A stretch of 64,000 bases of DNA, from positions 33,641,342 to 33,705,341 of the forward strand of contig NC_068990.1 of the NCBI RefSeq assembly GCF_001194135.2. Reading direction: 5' to 3'. This DNA comes from Octopus bimaculoides (lineage: Eukaryota). Positions 63,236 to 64,000 of the stretch are shown here, piece by piece. Position 1 is the first letter of the stretch. Every line of letters starts with the position of its first letter. Under the pieces are notes generated by a model, which did no database searches, was not told the DNA's origin, and saw only the letters and a list, made by a program, of their open reading frames with translations. A program made the position numbers and the translations under genes.

Positions 63236-64000
63236 ATGAGCCATGGCTTATCCATATAGTTATAAAAGGCATGATTAACCACCTTGGAGAATACAACACC
63301 CAAATAAATGTTAAGCATTCAATCAGCATTGGCTTGTGTGTATCAACTAACTGTGGTAAATAGCAAAGGAGGGTGATGTAAGCTTCTCATGAATTTGCAA
63401 TTTGAAGGGTTCTGCAAGGTTTTGTTCAGGGTTGTCTAAACTGGAGATTTGGTCCCCACACCAGAATCAACTCATATTCCACACAGAATTTTGTTACACT
63501 CTCCTGCAAGATGTGCTCTCAACTTCTTCAATTTGTCCTTATATATTACTCTAAGAATAAAGGTTAATTTATCCTTGAGCTTTGATGCTGAGATCTATCC
63601 GTCTATCAATTTAACTGTTCTGTTTACCCTTGTTTCTATAATACATGTAACAACAAGTTTAATGAAATCATTCTCTGCATCTTCTTTGTTTTAAATCTTC
63701 AAGTATTACCCACAAGCACATACAGATGTTCTTCATCATTATACAAATACACCTTTGTAGATATTTAAGATATAAACAAGGAAACTTCATAAATGTATGC
63801 AAAAACATACATATCTGCATGGTTATTTTTGTCCACAAACACAGCCTCTTACCTAATTGTATATTGTACACAACATAATACTGCCCTGTCTCCACTATAA
63901 AAATCTTTCACTATTGTACTTAAGACAGAGTGAACATGTGGCCAATTTTAGCACATTAGTTTTGTACAGCTAACTTTCAGGGAGTTATTTTTTTAAAGAT

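Larger units (their letters stand above)
25444..64000 (-). other. Probable intron of AGBL4 upstream of the exon (at least 38 kb in window)
   Basis: Ends in a poly-T tract plus AAG on the minus strand. A manual scan found no sequence encoding the preceding conserved motif (MLNPDGVYLGNY); N gaps could hide it. Confidence 0.65.

Noticed and set aside
63853-63894. 42-nt minus-strand exon candidate ETGQYYVVYNIQL (TNF-like strand)
   Set aside because: Too short, not part of the CCP6 sequence I recall, and lies in a decayed-repeat neighbourhood.
190-63895. Most ORF-track entries (YI/HT/CV/LS dipeptide repeats, poly-N/I/H, X-filled ORFs)
   Set aside because: They are translations of (AT)n, (CA)n, (CT)n and (ATT)n microsatellites, N gaps or SINE bodies; there is no domain content.

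Overview
AT-rich, microsatellite-dense animal genomic DNA with scaffold gaps (N runs). The SINE/LINE repertoire looks like an Octopus (coleoid cephalopod) genome; this is inferred from recalled repeat families, not from a search. Only one coding exon is well supported: a 112-nt minus-strand exon at 25332-25443 encoding (R)CSLMGYDLNRHWLEPNPWAHPTLYATKNVLMEADNSE. This is the DLNR substrate-binding segment of cytosolic carboxypeptidase 6 (AGBL4/CCP6, M14 tubulin deglutamylase). I could not find the neighbouring conserved exons (NPDGVYLGNY upstream, FYIDIHAHS downstream), so the rest of the window appears to be two very large introns (at least 25 kb and at least 38 kb, unless an exon is hidden in an N gap). 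The introns contain three tRNA-derived SINE families, decayed LINEs (RTE, RTE-X, CR1/Jockey-like, R4/Dong-like), Tc1/mariner relics, several MITEs, Penelope-like fragments with hammerhead-ribozyme relics, long inverted repeats and several minisatellites. Nearly all ORFs in the supplied track are microsatellite or repeat artefacts. I found no CRISPR array, prokaryotic feature or convincing new protein system. The best leads are RNA-structural (a permuted hammerhead inside a 68-bp hairpin, a long inverted repeat with a perfect 39-bp core, inverted SINEs bracketing the lone exon) plus a weak candidate antisense nested exon.
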